Origin: Bacteroidota bacterium
Lineage (GTDB): Bacteria > Bacteroidota > Bacteroidia > JABEUT01
NCBI GenBank assembly: GCA_013288205.1
Contig: JABDCH010000001.1
Location: 3,480-67,479 of the forward strand
DNA: 64,000 nt
Direction of reading: 5' to 3'
The notes below the pieces were generated by a model. It ran no database searches. It was not told the DNA's origin and was given only the letters and a program-made list of their open reading frames with translations. Positions 11,023 to 20,375 of this stretch are shown here, piece after piece (positions within the stretch are counted from its first letter, which is position 1; every line of letters starts with the position of its first letter). The position numbers and the translations under genes were made by a program.

Positions 11023-11346
11023 ATGGATACCCGAAAAACTGTCTTACTGGCCTTAACAATCACCCTTACTTTAAAAGTATTTGGTCAATCACAGCAGCCG
11101 AATCCCAATACGCTTCTCACACCCAATTACACTAAGCCTGTCCCAACCCAGACTAGCACTGCTACGCCTATCACTCCTTACACGAATCATACTCCCGGTT
11201 CATCGGCACCTTATACGTACCCGCCACTACCCCAACAAACATCACCACCGCCTCCGGCAAATCCACCCCCGCTTACTCCTCCTAACCCTATGGTAGCACC
11301 TACTATAACTGAACCTACTCAGCCACCTATACCACCGCCTAAATGA
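11023..11346 (+). CDS. Small Pro/Thr-rich secreted protein (hypothetical)
   Basis: Signal peptide MDTRKTVLLALTITLTLKVFGQ followed by a low-complexity P/T-rich tail. No recognisable domain. Confidence 0.35.
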   Translation: MDTRKTVLLALTITLTLKVFGQSQQPNPNTLLTPNYTKPVPTQTSTATPITPYTNHTPGSSAPYTYPPLPQQTSPPPPANPPPLTPPNPMVAPTITEPTQPPIPPPK

Positions 11347-11446
11347 TTGTAGAATCAACTTTATTAGTTGGTCGGTATATATTTTATACTCCTCTTTTAA
11401 TCTTTTTTTACTCTCCTTTTTGATGGTACAGTTATGTACATTACAG

Positions 11447-11894
11447 CTATACTAAATACTTCTCTTCAAATTGAATGTCGTGCTCTCTAAGTATTCGTTT
11501 ATACTCCTCCAAGAATGATTCCTTTTTGTGATGTTCTTTTTGATTTTTCACATAATTTATTATAATATCACGATCTTCTTCGGAATAAGTAAACGCGCCA
11601 TATTCTTCTTGCCAACCTTTGAAAGACGGAAATTTTTTGCTTTCTTTTATCCAAATACTACTTGTTACCTTAATATCTTTCACATAATCAGCCAAGGAAA
11701 CCGATGGATGTAAATCTGAAACAATGTGAAGATGGTCTTCTATCCCATTTATGCGATACAAATGGCATCCATGCCCTTTAATTATTCCCCAGATATATTT
11801 CATACAGTTCATCACAATGCACTTCAGTAATAGTACGCTCTCGATTTTTAGTGCCGAAAATTATTTGATAGGTTATTTGATGGAAACTGCCCAT
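11447..11894 (-). pseudogene. REP-associated tyrosine transposase (RAYT, IS200/IS605 Y1 family), disrupted by a 1-nt frameshift near position 11800
   Basis: The upstream frame encodes MGSFHQITYQIIFGTKNRERTITEVHCDELYEIYLGNN*. The downstream frame (listed ORF 11447-11815) continues ...KYIWGIIKGHGCHLYRINGIEDHLHIVSDL...SSIWIKE...YGAFTYSEEDRDIIINYVKNQKEHH. The HuH motif HLHIV and the catalytic-Tyr region are both present. The two frames join by a single extra base in gaaAtatatc. Confidence 0.75.
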
Positions 11895-11959
11895 TCTCAG
11901 ATATTTTAGAAGTCAAATATAAAGATGAATAAGATTCAATTACATTAAAGTTTGATAGC

Positions 11960-12210
11960 AGACATATAGAACCCTTCGGGTTCTATATTAGTAGCCACCG
12001 ATGTAATCGGTGGCAGATATAAACAGCACATATTACAACCCTGAAAGGGTTGAATATTAAATCATACAAATACCAACCTTTTATTCAACCCCATCGGGGT
12101 TGGGATAATATTCATTTGGTATTTCCACCGATGTAATCGGTGGCTACTCACATTAAAGCCCTCCGGGCTTATTTATTCTTCATTCTTAGTCCTGATAGCT
12201 ATCAGGATTG
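11960..12210. repeat. Array of ~7 REP-like palindromic hairpins (BIME-like cluster) adjacent to the RAYT gene
   Basis: Hairpins seen directly: atatagaaccc-ttcg-gggttctatat (11964-11989); gccaccgat-gta-atcggtggc (11994-12014); caaccc-tgaaa-gggttg (12036-12052); caacccc-atc-ggggttg (12086-12102); ccaccgat-gta-atcggtgg (12125-12143); agccc-tcc-gggct (12157-12169); perfect 16-bp palindrome cctgatagctatcagg (12191-12206). Confidence 0.8.
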
Positions 12211-12221
12211 CTCCTTCATTT

Positions 12222-13865
<1,644 letters not shown>

Positions 13866-14023
13866 TTAAAAGAGGTGCAAAGATAGGTTTTTGTAGGGAG
13901 ATTGAAGATAGCTATTGATAACAAAAATCAACTCCGCACCTGCGCATCATCATTTCTTAGCTTTGATATTTGTTTAGATTTGTATAATCACTTATATTTG
14001 AAATATATTAAATCTACCAAAAA

Positions 14024-14224
14024 ATGAATTTCTTTAAAATCAAAACAACCTGGACAAATGCAGAATTAATAGTATTAAAACTCTGCATAGCAACAGCCTA
14101 TATTTTAGTCGGAGGGTATTTCCATACCTTTTTTGGCCACTATCGTACTGCGGTTGTGGCAATATTTGGCATTACCGTGATCTGGTCGGTTTACCTCTGG
14201 GCTACTAAAATGAAAAAGGGTTAA
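14024..14224 (+). CDS. Small hypothetical membrane protein
   Basis: 66-aa ORF with two hydrophobic segments. No other support. Confidence 0.3.
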   Translation: MNFFKIKTTWTNAELIVLKLCIATAYILVGGYFHTFFGHYRTAVVAIFGITVIWSVYLWATKMKKG

Positions 14225-14293
14225 ACAGGGCTATGTATTCTTTGCCTATTTAGCAATGCATTGATACCTTCTTTAAAAAGTATAGCACAAAAA

Positions 14294-14500
14294 CTACCTC
14301 ATTTTTGACTTCTTACTCGGGCGTGCCGGTTTTCCTCTCTTGATGCGCTTCTCCTGTATGGCTTCAGCACTCTTGAGATATTCGGCCCTGTAAGGGTTTC
14401 CAAAAAGAGGGGCACTAACCTTGGTGGGCTGTACCTGCGGAACAGATGGTCTGTTCTTTTCTGCTCTTTCTGCGTCTAGTTGTTCTTTAAGTGTGCTCAT
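14294..14500 (-). CDS. Small basic hypothetical protein
   Basis: 68-aa ORF with a Lys/Arg-rich C-terminus (KRGKPARPSKKSKMR). Context only. Confidence 0.35.
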   Translation of the reverse strand: MSTLKEQLDAERAEKNRPSVPQVQPTKVSAPLFGNPYRAEYLKSAEAIQEKRIKRGKPARPSKKSKMR

Positions 14501-15163
14501 TTATTCTTTCTTATTTAATGCAAAGATAGTAAACGTAATCAAGGAATCCTCCATTTATGTTAATCTAATTTGTTTTTCTTGCTTTTTTGGGTTTACAAAT
14601 ACCAATCGAAAAAATTAAATACAAGTAGACACACACACAATTAATGGGATCTGAATTGCCCCTGCATTATAGCTACAGACAGGCTTTAACAAGTACTTTT
14701 GGGAAAAGTGGAAATAGGTTTTCAAGAAGGATAAATGGACAGAAATAATGCTGATTGGGACAAAAGCACCATCTATATTAACTTTTAAGTTACCTTTGCA
14801 AAAAATCGGGGAGGTTTTAATCCATATTAAGATATGTACCTGTTAAATATCTTAATTAAACTTTAACCCATGTTTTCAATCGATATCGTTAGTGCAGATA
14901 GTAAAGTGCAGATTTAAAATTCTGCCAATTACTTCATGATACTCTATATAACTGTATTGAATTGCTAAGGTATATAAAACGCCTGCAAGTTGAGAACAAC
15001 CTGATTACTAAAATATGAAACTGTTGTTTATACATATTAGCTCATTACCCAACGTTTTAAAACCGAGATTCGTTTTTATTCGTAGATACGTATATAAATT
15101 TTCATATTCGGTATATAAATCAAGATTTAACCTTCCCTTAAAGATAGAGAAAGACAGCAAACC

Positions 15164-15171
15164 TACCTTTG
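15164..15171 (+). promoter_or_regulatory. Bacteroidota -7 element (TAnnTTTG) upstream of 15179; the same tacctttgca motif recurs at 14791
   Basis: tacctttgca immediately precedes the ATG. An identical decamer occurs at 14791-14800 inside the 680-bp non-coding region. Confidence 0.3.
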
Positions 15172-15178
15172 CATCGTC

Positions 15179-15415
15179 ATGAAAAACGTAACGCCTAATT
15201 TTAAGACCATGCGCCAACTATTGTTAAATATTTTCCTTTTTTTAGCATCCATAACATTGTTTTGTTTTGCTGCGCCCCAAATACCTGCTACCGATGAGCA
15301 TCACTCAACCGAACCGGTAAAGATGGCTCCGAAAGACAGCACATCCGTGTTATGGGGAAAAGACAGCAACTTACAAGCACGTACTGCACTGTTGCTAAAA
15401 AAACGAGCAGATTAA
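15179..15415 (+). CDS. Small secreted hypothetical protein (the true start may be the internal Met at 15209)
   Basis: Signal-peptide-like MRQLLLNIFLFLASITLFCFAAPQ. A TAnnTTTG -7 promoter motif lies 8 nt upstream of the first ATG. Confidence 0.4.
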   Translation: MKNVTPNFKTMRQLLLNIFLFLASITLFCFAAPQIPATDEHHSTEPVKMAPKDSTSVLWGKDSNLQARTALLLKKRAD

Positions 15416-15499
15416 GCTTATAGCCTAAATACCCGTCGTTCTGCTTCCATGGTGGTTTTAAATTGCTTAATATTGCAATACCATCTAAATTATTACACC

Positions 15500-15847
15500 A
15501 TGAAAAAATTATTGACAGGCATTGCCTTATTAACCATTTCGCTCGGGACGGCATTTGCACAACAATCCAATTCAGTGAGCCGTCACACCTGGATTTTGGA
15601 CATCACACCAAAAACCCATAAAGCATATCTGGATAGTGTTTCTGCTGCCTGGAAAGCTCATGGGATCATGCTGACCTTCTCTACTTTGGAATACAATAAC
15701 CAAGGGCAACTGGTGAACGTAAAGGGCTCGGTGAGTGAACAAGTTTCGGGGAGAAGCAATGTGAACGGAACCTTCAGTTCTGATAAACAGAAAACTATCG
15801 AAATAAAAGTAACCGATAGCCCCAGTGTAGATATCCGGACCAAATAG
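15500..15847 (+). CDS. Small secreted protein of an uncharacterised family (paralog of 16856-17194)
   Basis: Signal peptide MKKLLTGIALLTISLGTAFAQQ. The mature part (HTWILDITPKTHKAYLDSVSAAWKAHGI...NVKGSVS...IEIKVTDSPSVDI) aligns with 16856-17194 (HSWTLTITSTTKRAYVDSIANLWKRDSI...KIKGTVS...CKIKVDNSPHIAI). Confidence 0.6.
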   Translation: MKKLLTGIALLTISLGTAFAQQSNSVSRHTWILDITPKTHKAYLDSVSAAWKAHGIMLTFSTLEYNNQGQLVNVKGSVSEQVSGRSNVNGTFSSDKQKTIEIKVTDSPSVDIRTK

Positions 15848-15878
15848 AAAGCGGTAAAAGCACTTACAAGTAAGGTAT

Positions 15879-16718
15879 ATGAATACGCCTTTTGAAAAGA
15901 CCTTCTCGATAGGAGGAGATTTGACCATTAACCGCATGGGGTTTGGAGCCATGCGCATAACCGGCAAAGGAATATGGGGACCACCAGAGAACAAAGGCGA
16001 AGCATTGCGTGTGCTAAAACGCACCCTTGAACTGGGGGTGAATTTTATTGATACTGCCGATTCTTACGGCCCATATGTTTCGGAAGAGTTGATTGCCGAA
16101 GCGCTACACCCCTACCCTAAAGGATTAGTAATTGCCACTAAAGGTGGTTTAGTACGCGGAGGCCCTAATCAATGGTCGCCCGACGGAAGCACCGCTCATT
16201 TGCAGGAAGCGCTGGACGGCAGCCTGAAGAGATTAAAGCTTGATTGCATTGATTTATACCAGTTGCACCGCATTGACCCCAAAGTTCCGGCTGAAAAAAC
16301 ATTTACTTTTTTACAAAAAGCACAACAGGAAGGAAAAATCAAACATATTGGTTTATCAGAGGTAAGTGTAACTGATATTGAACATGCGCAGAAATACTTC
16401 AAGGTAGTTTCAGTACAAAACATGTACAGCGCCGATAACCGGAAATGGGAAGCAGTATTACAATATTGCAATACTCACCACATAGCTTTTATACCCTGGT
16501 ATCCGATGGGAGGCGGCAATGCACAAAAGCTGGAAATACTTAATAATATAGCGGCCCGTCATCATGCTACACTTCACCAGGTGGCATTAAGCTGGTTGCT
16601 GCATCACTCTAACAATATTTTGCTGATACCCGGCACATCAAGTATAGAACACCTGCAAGAGAATATCCAATCAGCTTCCATAGCGCTTACGGAAAACGAT
16701 ATGAAGGAAGTAGGGTAA
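15879..16718 (+). CDS. Aldo/keto reductase family oxidoreductase
   Basis: Characteristic aldo/keto reductase N-terminus MGFGAMRITGKGIWGPPENKGEALRVLKRTLELGVNFIDTADSYGP, plus IGLSEV and a conserved C-terminal region. Confidence 0.9.
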   Translation: MNTPFEKTFSIGGDLTINRMGFGAMRITGKGIWGPPENKGEALRVLKRTLELGVNFIDTADSYGPYVSEELIAEALHPYPKGLVIATKGGLVRGGPNQWSPDGSTAHLQEALDGSLKRLKLDCIDLYQLHRIDPKVPAEKTFTFLQKAQQEGKIKHIGLSEVSVTDIEHAQKYFKVVSVQNMYSADNRKWEAVLQYCNTHHIAFIPWYPMGGGNAQKLEILNNIAARHHATLHQVALSWLLHHSNNILLIPGTSSIEHLQENIQSASIALTENDMKEVG

Positions 16719-16855
16719 TAAAACCATTATCCCTTTATACACCCTGTTCACCTGCCGAATTATCCGGTTTAACGAAATTCCTTGAGGATAGCTTACCACG
16801 TAATTACTTTTGTAGGAGTTAATTAGTTAGTAGGTAACCTATAAAATTCGAAGCC

Positions 16856-17194
16856 ATGAAAAAATTAATCGCAGGTATTATACTCTTTGCAGTATCAGCC
16901 GCATTTATGGCCATGCATCCTGTTAAAGCATACCATAGCTGGACACTTACCATTACTTCGACAACAAAGCGGGCATATGTAGACAGCATAGCCAATCTAT
17001 GGAAAAGAGACAGTATTGATTTAAATGTCTCTAAAATGGAAACAGGCTCTGGTGGGATATTGTCAAAAATAAAAGGCACGGTATCTATCACTTCTATGGG
17101 CAATAAGGCCAACGAGAAGTTTGACTATACAGACGTAAAGTATTGCAAAATTAAGGTAGATAATAGTCCGCATATTGCTATACAAGCCAAGTAG
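16856..17194 (+). CDS. Small secreted protein, paralog of 15500-15847
   Basis: Signal peptide MKKLIAGIILFAVSAAFMA. Sequence similarity to the 15500-15847 product along its length. Confidence 0.6.
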   Translation: MKKLIAGIILFAVSAAFMAMHPVKAYHSWTLTITSTTKRAYVDSIANLWKRDSIDLNVSKMETGSGGILSKIKGTVSITSMGNKANEKFDYTDVKYCKIKVDNSPHIAIQAK

Positions 17195-17326
17195 AATAAA
17201 GCCTACTCCCCTATTATATTTTTCGGGTCTTTAATCATACTCCTTTTCATTAAAAGGCTGAAAGTGATAAACTATACGCACCATTGATAATATAAGAATC
17301 CTGCTTTTCGGCAATCTTAGCATACC

Positions 17327-17854
17327 TTATTTGAGGCGGGATCTCAACTGTTCAAGAAGATCCTCTTCGCCCCAGGGGCCATTATATTTAAGTCCATTAA
17401 TAAATAAACCCGGTGTTCCGTTAACACCACTCCTCACTCCGCTTTCAAAGTCGCTTTCTACTCTTTCAGAAAGGGATTCTTTTTGAATATCTTCACTAAA
17501 ACGATCCAACTCTAAGCCAATCTTTTTGGCGTATGCAAATAATGCTTCGGGAGTTAACCTGCTCTGGTGTTCATAAATAACATCATGCATTTCCCAGAAT
17601 TTGCCTTGCAATGCAGCCGCTTCGGCCGCCACAGCCGCATTAAAAGCATAGGGGTGTACTTCCGATAAAGGAAAGTTGCGGAAAACAAATCTCAACCCAG
17701 CTTTCAATTTTTTTTGAACGGCCTTTATAATTGGGTATGCTTGCCCGCAATAGGGGCATTGGTAATCGCCATATTCTAACAATTCTACTGCTGCTTTGTG
17801 ATCGCCCATAATGTGATCATTGCTGTTTACAGCAGGTATCAAATGAGAACTCAT
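17327..17854 (-). CDS. DsbA-family thiol:disulfide oxidoreductase (thioredoxin fold, CPYC active site)
   Basis: Motif YGDYQCPYCGQAYPI. 175 aa. Confidence 0.8.
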   Translation of the reverse strand: MSSHLIPAVNSNDHIMGDHKAAVELLEYGDYQCPYCGQAYPIIKAVQKKLKAGLRFVFRNFPLSEVHPYAFNAAVAAEAAALQGKFWEMHDVIYEHQSRLTPEALFAYAKKIGLELDRFSEDIQKESLSERVESDFESGVRSGVNGTPGLFINGLKYNGPWGEEDLLEQLRSRLK

Positions 17855-17864
17855 TGTATTTAAT

Positions 17865-18326
17865 TTATTGGTGGTTTAATTTTTCCAAGGCATCAAGTAT
17901 CCCATCGGCTCCGGGGTTTATGCCTACAGGAGATAAATAATTCCAACGAATGACTCCTTTATCATCCAGCACATATAATGCCCTCATGGATTCACCCTCC
18001 ACTTCATCATACACATTGTACAATTTTGCAACCTTCCCCTTAGGTTCAAAGTCTGCAAGCAAAGGGAAATGTAATTTACGGCTTTGATTAAAAGCCAGGT
18101 GGCTCCATTTGCTGTCTACCGAGATTCCTATTAGCTGTGCGTTGTGTTTGGTAAACAATTTCAACATTTCATTATACAGGGCCATTTGGTCGCTGCAAAC
18201 GGGACTCCAATCGGCAGGATAAAATGCCATGATTACATTTTTGCCAAGCAATTCGCTTAATTTAAGTTTCTGGTCGGGAGTTGAATTCAATTCAAATTCC
18301 GGGGCCTTTGTTCCTATTGATAACAT
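17865..18326 (-). CDS. Peroxiredoxin (AhpC/TSA-Bcp-like redoxin)
   Basis: MLSIGTKAPEFELNS...VIMAFYPADWSPVCSDQMALYNE places the peroxidatic Cys in the typical PxDWSPVC context. Confidence 0.85.
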   Translation of the reverse strand: MLSIGTKAPEFELNSTPDQKLKLSELLGKNVIMAFYPADWSPVCSDQMALYNEMLKLFTKHNAQLIGISVDSKWSHLAFNQSRKLHFPLLADFEPKGKVAKLYNVYDEVEGESMRALYVLDDKGVIRWNYLSPVGINPGADGILDALEKLNHQ

Positions 18327-18338
18327 ATTGATTGTATT

Positions 18339-18572
18339 TTATTGTTCGAAATTCTCAACTATTCCGGGGGGACGCAAATTCGCCTTATCCGGGTTTTTTC
18401 CTGCTTCCCTAAGGGCCCTCCGTTGATTTAGATAATCCCAACACTGGTCTAACTCTACCTTTATTTTCTGCAAGGACTGAATATCCTGCGCAGACAAATC
18501 TTCTTTCGCATACAAACGTTCTTCTTCATTCGTAAGCTTCATGATCTCTGATAACATTTGTTTATCTTCCAT
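18339..18572 (-). CDS. Small hypothetical protein co-transcribed with the redoxin genes
   Basis: 77-aa charged helical ORF, 12 bp upstream of the peroxiredoxin stop-side neighbour. Operon context only. Confidence 0.45.
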   Translation of the reverse strand: MEDKQMLSEIMKLTNEEERLYAKEDLSAQDIQSLQKIKVELDQCWDYLNQRRALREAGKNPDKANLRPPGIVENFEQ

Positions 18573-18725
18573 CTTGTTTTAATTTAAGTTTAGACAATGT
18601 ACAATAATAATGTACAATAATATTATCAAAGATAATTCATTTCAATAAAATCGTATGGGAAGATGAGCAAGGGCAAAGAAAAATCAGAGCCATATTGTTC
18701 GCGACAATCTTAATGCTCTGATTGT

Positions 18726-18809
18726 GTACCCGGAGTCGGAATCGAACCGACATTCTCGTGAAAGAACTGGTTTTTGAGACCAGCGCGTCTACCTATTCCG
18801 CCATCCGGG
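18726..18809 (-). tRNA. tRNA-Leu(CAA): tRNA-Leu (anticodon CAA), long variable arm
   Basis: The reverse complement reads GCCCGGATGGCGGAATAGGTAGACGCGCTGGTCTCAAAAACCAGTTCTTTCACGAGAATGTCGGTTCGATTCCGACTCCGGGTA. It has a 7-bp acceptor stem, an anticodon stem CTGGT/ACCAG with loop CTCAAAA, a T-arm GTCGG-TTCGATT-CCGAC, and a 16-nt variable arm. Confidence 0.85.
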
Positions 18810-18879
18810 CATGAAAAGGGGTTGCGAAATTAGAAATTTTTTTAACATACACGGATACAAGTTATGGAGTCTTTCACTT

Positions 18880-19203
18880 TCACTTATTGTCCCTGTCATC
18901 TGCCAATAAGTTATATTTATCAATTAGTTTTTGAGAGATTTCAGGATATCTTCTCAGGTTTTTTATATACATTCTGCTCTTCATTCTTTTTAGATGGCTT
19001 TCTATTTTCCTGGCCACACCAATTTCAAGATTATCTATTTGGAAAAATAATTCCCAATCAGCATACCTTGTAGTAAAACTTCCGGGAAAGCTCTTATTTT
19101 TATGATATTCAATTCTGGAGGATAGTTTTTTTGTCGAACCGATATAAAATTTATCTGCCACTGGAGAATAAAGAATGTAAACTGCTCCCATTAAATTATT
19201 CAT
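18880..19203 (-). CDS. GIY-YIG nuclease-family small protein
   Basis: N-terminal VYILYSPVADKFYIGSTKKLSSRIEYH matches the GIY-x10-YIG...R...H core. 107 aa. Confidence 0.8.
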   Translation of the reverse strand: MNNLMGAVYILYSPVADKFYIGSTKKLSSRIEYHKNKSFPGSFTTRYADWELFFQIDNLEIGVARKIESHLKRMKSRMYIKNLRRYPEISQKLIDKYNLLADDRDNK

Positions 19204-19207
19204 TTAT

Positions 19208-19330
19208 TTATCAACCAGTCATTTGAACTGGTTTTGATCCTAATGGTTATCGGGACAGCGCGCCTACCTTCCCGATAGCTATCGGGACCGCCATCCGGGC
19301 ATGAAAAGGGGTTGCGAAATTAGAAATTAT
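19208..19330 (-). repeat. Disrupted partial duplicate of tRNA-Leu (anticodon arm through 5' end plus ~30 bp of upstream flank), carrying an inserted REP-like palindrome
   Basis: tttgaactggttttgatcc...cagcgcgcctacct...cgccatccgggcatgaaaaggggttgcgaaattagaaat parallels 18761-18838 (gaactggtttttgagaccagcgcgtctacctattccgccatccgggcatgaaaaggggttgcgaaattagaaat). Extra segments interrupt it, including the palindrome cccgatagctatcggg (19271-19286). Confidence 0.7.
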
Positions 19331-19425
19331 TTTAGAACAAGCACCTACATTATGTTCCGGACAGGTTTTTCTAATTTTTTTAAAGCATACATACTAAACC
19401 CGAAGCTGCTCCGTTAACCACTTAT

Positions 19426-19803
19426 ATGAACCTCAACCCTCATAGTATGATAAATCGTTACTTAGTTGCATGCAGTGGCCTTTTAATAGCTCTGAACCAG
19501 TTATATATTCTGGGTTCCAATCATTTTATCATTTTCAATAATTCGTGGGTGATATTTGATGCTTTCCTGGCAAGCATATTATTCTTGACCGGCATATTCA
19601 ACAATAAATATTTCTACATCACCACCTTTGTAATATGCTGCCTCTTTTTATTGCTTAGCCTGCTGCGTTTTTATCATGTGCATATTTCACTTGCCAACCC
19701 ATTGAATGCCATATCATTTACACGGATATTTTTCCTTGCAATGGCTTTGTATGGTTGCATGAAGGGCTTTAAAGCCGGCGATTCGCACACAGTTATCTCA
19801 TAA
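19426..19803 (+). CDS. Hypothetical integral membrane protein (4 predicted TM helices)
   Basis: 125 aa, strongly hydrophobic throughout. No motif recognised. Confidence 0.4.
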   Translation: MNLNPHSMINRYLVACSGLLIALNQLYILGSNHFIIFNNSWVIFDAFLASILFLTGIFNNKYFYITTFVICCLFLLLSLLRFYHVHISLANPLNAISFTRIFFLAMALYGCMKGFKAGDSHTVIS

Positions 19804-20364
19804 CTGCTTTTTCAGCACGGGATATATCTCTTCCAAAAAGATAAAGCGCCATATACTCGCACTATCGGTATACCCGCCCGGGTGCACATATATAACATGG
19901 CTATTTCTATCAACTATTATGCTTGTCGGGTATCCCATACCTCTGTTCAATTGGTAACAGCCATCCTCATCTAAATGGGACACATTATACCCGATGTGAT
20001 ACTTTGTCTTGATTTGCTTTATGGTTGCATTATCGCCTGATGTGAGAGAAATAAATTGAAAATCGGGGTTGTCCTTTAGCGTGTCATATAACTTATTCAG
20101 CGCACGCATTTCAGCCATGCAGGGCGCGCAGGCAGCCTCCCACATATTGATGTACGTTACTTTACCTTTTAAACTCGCATTATCTACCACCCCATCGGCT
20201 CCTGCAGCCAAAAATGCAGGTAGGGGCTTATTAAGTACTTGTTGCTTCCATGAATTAAGAAGTGAATCTTCCTGGTGTTTATTTACGTCAACAGAGGATT
20301 GACCAAAACCAAATGAAGAACTGAGAAGAAATAGTATAATGATGTTATAAAACTTATAACTCAT
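19798..20364 (-). CDS. TlpA/ResA-like periplasmic thiol-disulfide oxidoreductase (thioredoxin fold, CAPC motif)
   Basis: Signal peptide MSYKFYNIIILFLLSSSFGFGQ. The motif YINMWEAACAPCMAEMRALNKLY has the WxxxCxxC layout typical of TlpA-like redoxins. Confidence 0.75.
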   Translation of the reverse strand: MSYKFYNIIILFLLSSSFGFGQSSVDVNKHQEDSLLNSWKQQVLNKPLPAFLAAGADGVVDNASLKGKVTYINMWEAACAPCMAEMRALNKLYDTLKDNPDFQFISLTSGDNATIKQIKTKYHIGYNVSHLDEDGCYQLNRGMGYPTSIIVDRNSHVIYVHPGGYTDSASIWRFIFLEEIYPVLKKQL

Positions 20365-20375
20365 AATTATAGCTC

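Noticed and set aside
11447-11894. Possibility that the RAYT frameshift is a programmed +1/-1 translational frameshift.
   Set aside because: No slippery heptamer or downstream structure was recognised. The shift sits in a short A-run consistent with a simple indel or sequencing error. Called as a pseudogene with that caveat.
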